Source: Paraspadella gotoi (Eukaryota; Animalia; Chaetognatha). Taken from it: a stretch of DNA of 64,000 nucleotides. Both the position numbers and the translations under genes were made by a program. Positions 62,375 through 64,000 of this stretch are shown one piece after another (the first letter of the stretch is position 1; each line of letters starts with the position of its first letter). The notes under the pieces are model-generated. The model made no database searches, was not told the DNA's origin, and saw nothing but the letters and a program-made list of their open reading frames with translations. Location of the stretch: contig CM119265.1 in the NCBI GenBank assembly GCA_051294375.1, positions 27,481,835-27,545,834 on the forward strand. The letters run 5' to 3'.

Positions 62375-64000
62375 GTCACTTTCCCTTTCTCTGCCTTCTT
62401 TGGATCTTGTTGTTTATCGAGTTTTCAGAGCTTTTCCAAGAATTCCTTCTCACTTCTCAGCCCTTTCTTTTTTTTCTTTCTTTTTTTCTTCTTTTTTTCC
62501 CTTTTTCTTTCTCCTTTCCAACCTTTTTTTAGATCGTATTTTTTCCCTTTTTATCTTTTTTTCTATTTAATATTTTTTCTCCTTCCTTTTCTACTCCTTA
62601 ATATTTTTTATTTTCTATTTATTGTTTTTTTTCTTCGTTTTTGATGTTAATATTTTTTTCCCGCGGCTCCAGACGTGACTTTTTATCTCACTCCGTCGTA
62701 TTTGAAAACATTAAATTATTGATTCACAAAATTAATATAATATATTTTGATGGAATAAAAGTTAAGAGCTTAAACCAAAAGAAAAAAGGGTACATAGAAA
62801 AACAAGTTGACATCAGATTCATTTAGAAACATAAAAAAACATTTTTCTTATCTTTTCGTTTTCTTGATTCAAGTTTCGTCTTTTGGATTCGACCAGACGG
62901 TAAAATCCGGTTCTCACTGTACCCGGGCTAAATCATTTGGAAGTGAAACTTTTCACGGAACCTAAAAAGTAACGTTTTTCTCGCAATTTAAATCGACACG
63001 GTGCTTTGGTACACCTCCCCTGCTTTCCCTGTTTCACTTCCTGTTTCCAAGTTTCCTTGCCTCCCTGTTTTATCTGCTTCCAATGTTTCCCTGCTTCCCA
63101 TGTTTCACTGCCTCCTTGTTTCCCTGCTTTTAATGCATACATGCTGTCACCTGTTTATCTTTTCTGAAACAGTTTCCCTTCTTAATCTGATCAGGCGTCT
63201 GGAAAAAAGTTCTACTGTTCGCCCTCTAGCGAAAGAATTGTCAGAACCTCAATGAAAGGTTTGATCGGAGACCCAGGCCAGGAAGTTCATGCGAGTCGGA
63301 CAGACTTTTCTTATCCGATCGTTATTAGTAAACGTGAGAATGTAAACTGTGCATTTTGAATTGTGACTAATTTTAGCTCAAAATATAAAATATATAGATG
63401 TCTAGATAAAAAATGTTAAGATCATTAAATGTCATTATATAATCTTTAAGGTTATCTAATCTTAGTAGTATATCATATATCATTACATTTTTTTTACATT
63501 TATCATTTAATATTTTAATTTGTCTTATCAATTATTCTTCTTTCCCTTCTTATCTATTTTCTATTTGGCCCCTTCTTATCTATTTTTTTTCCCTCTCCCC
63601 TTTCTATCTATTTTCCTTTGTCTCCTCTTCTTATCTAATTCCCAAGTCCCCCTTCCCTTATCTATTTTTCTTTTTCTTCCCATCCTATCTATTTTCCTCT
63701 TTCTCCTCTTCTTATCTAATTCCCTTTCTTCATCCGAATTCTTCATCCTTCTCTTATCTCTCATTCGGTTTTTCGAGTCCAAACATTTTTCAGCTTATTT
63801 TTCCTTTTTACGTAGGACTTTTATTCTCTTTTGATATTTGGTCACTCATTACTCATTACTTTTATATTTTTCGCTAACATATTTTCTCTTCTCTTCCTCT
63901 ATTTTCTCACTTTCTTTTAAATCTTGGCTTCTCTATCTTTACTTCTCTCAGAGTTCAACCCTAAATTTTTCTTTCGATTTACTTCTTTTCTCCATCGAAT

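Overview
Eukaryotic, most likely invertebrate animal, draft-genome sequence. It is AT-rich, saturated with (CT/GA)n and other microsatellites, has many N gaps, and several stretches look like unpolished, indel-rich long-read consensus. Most ORF-track entries are microsatellite translations. The main feature is a hand-spliced 13-exon + strand gene (37874-45982, about 935 aa). It encodes an N-terminal patatin-like phospholipase with intact DGGGSRG, GTSTG and DGG motifs, fused through a charged linker to a C-terminal TPR array, with no recognisable NTPase between them. Its first exon is mirrored as an inverted copy across a gap. A second, minus-strand gene is supported by three in-frame 3' exons (20964-19542) encoding an uncharacterised Cys/Trp-patterned domain. 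A degenerate trypsin-like gene is weakly suggested on the minus strand (31550-23466). Mobile DNA includes a decayed BEL/Pao pol fragment, a Tc1/mariner-type MITE, a hAT-type MITE with an 8-bp TSD, another 30-bp-TIR MITE, Helentron-associated (DINE/HINE-like) elements, a tRNA-derived SINE, LINE ORF1-like remnants and satellites. All calls are by eye; no database searches were run.
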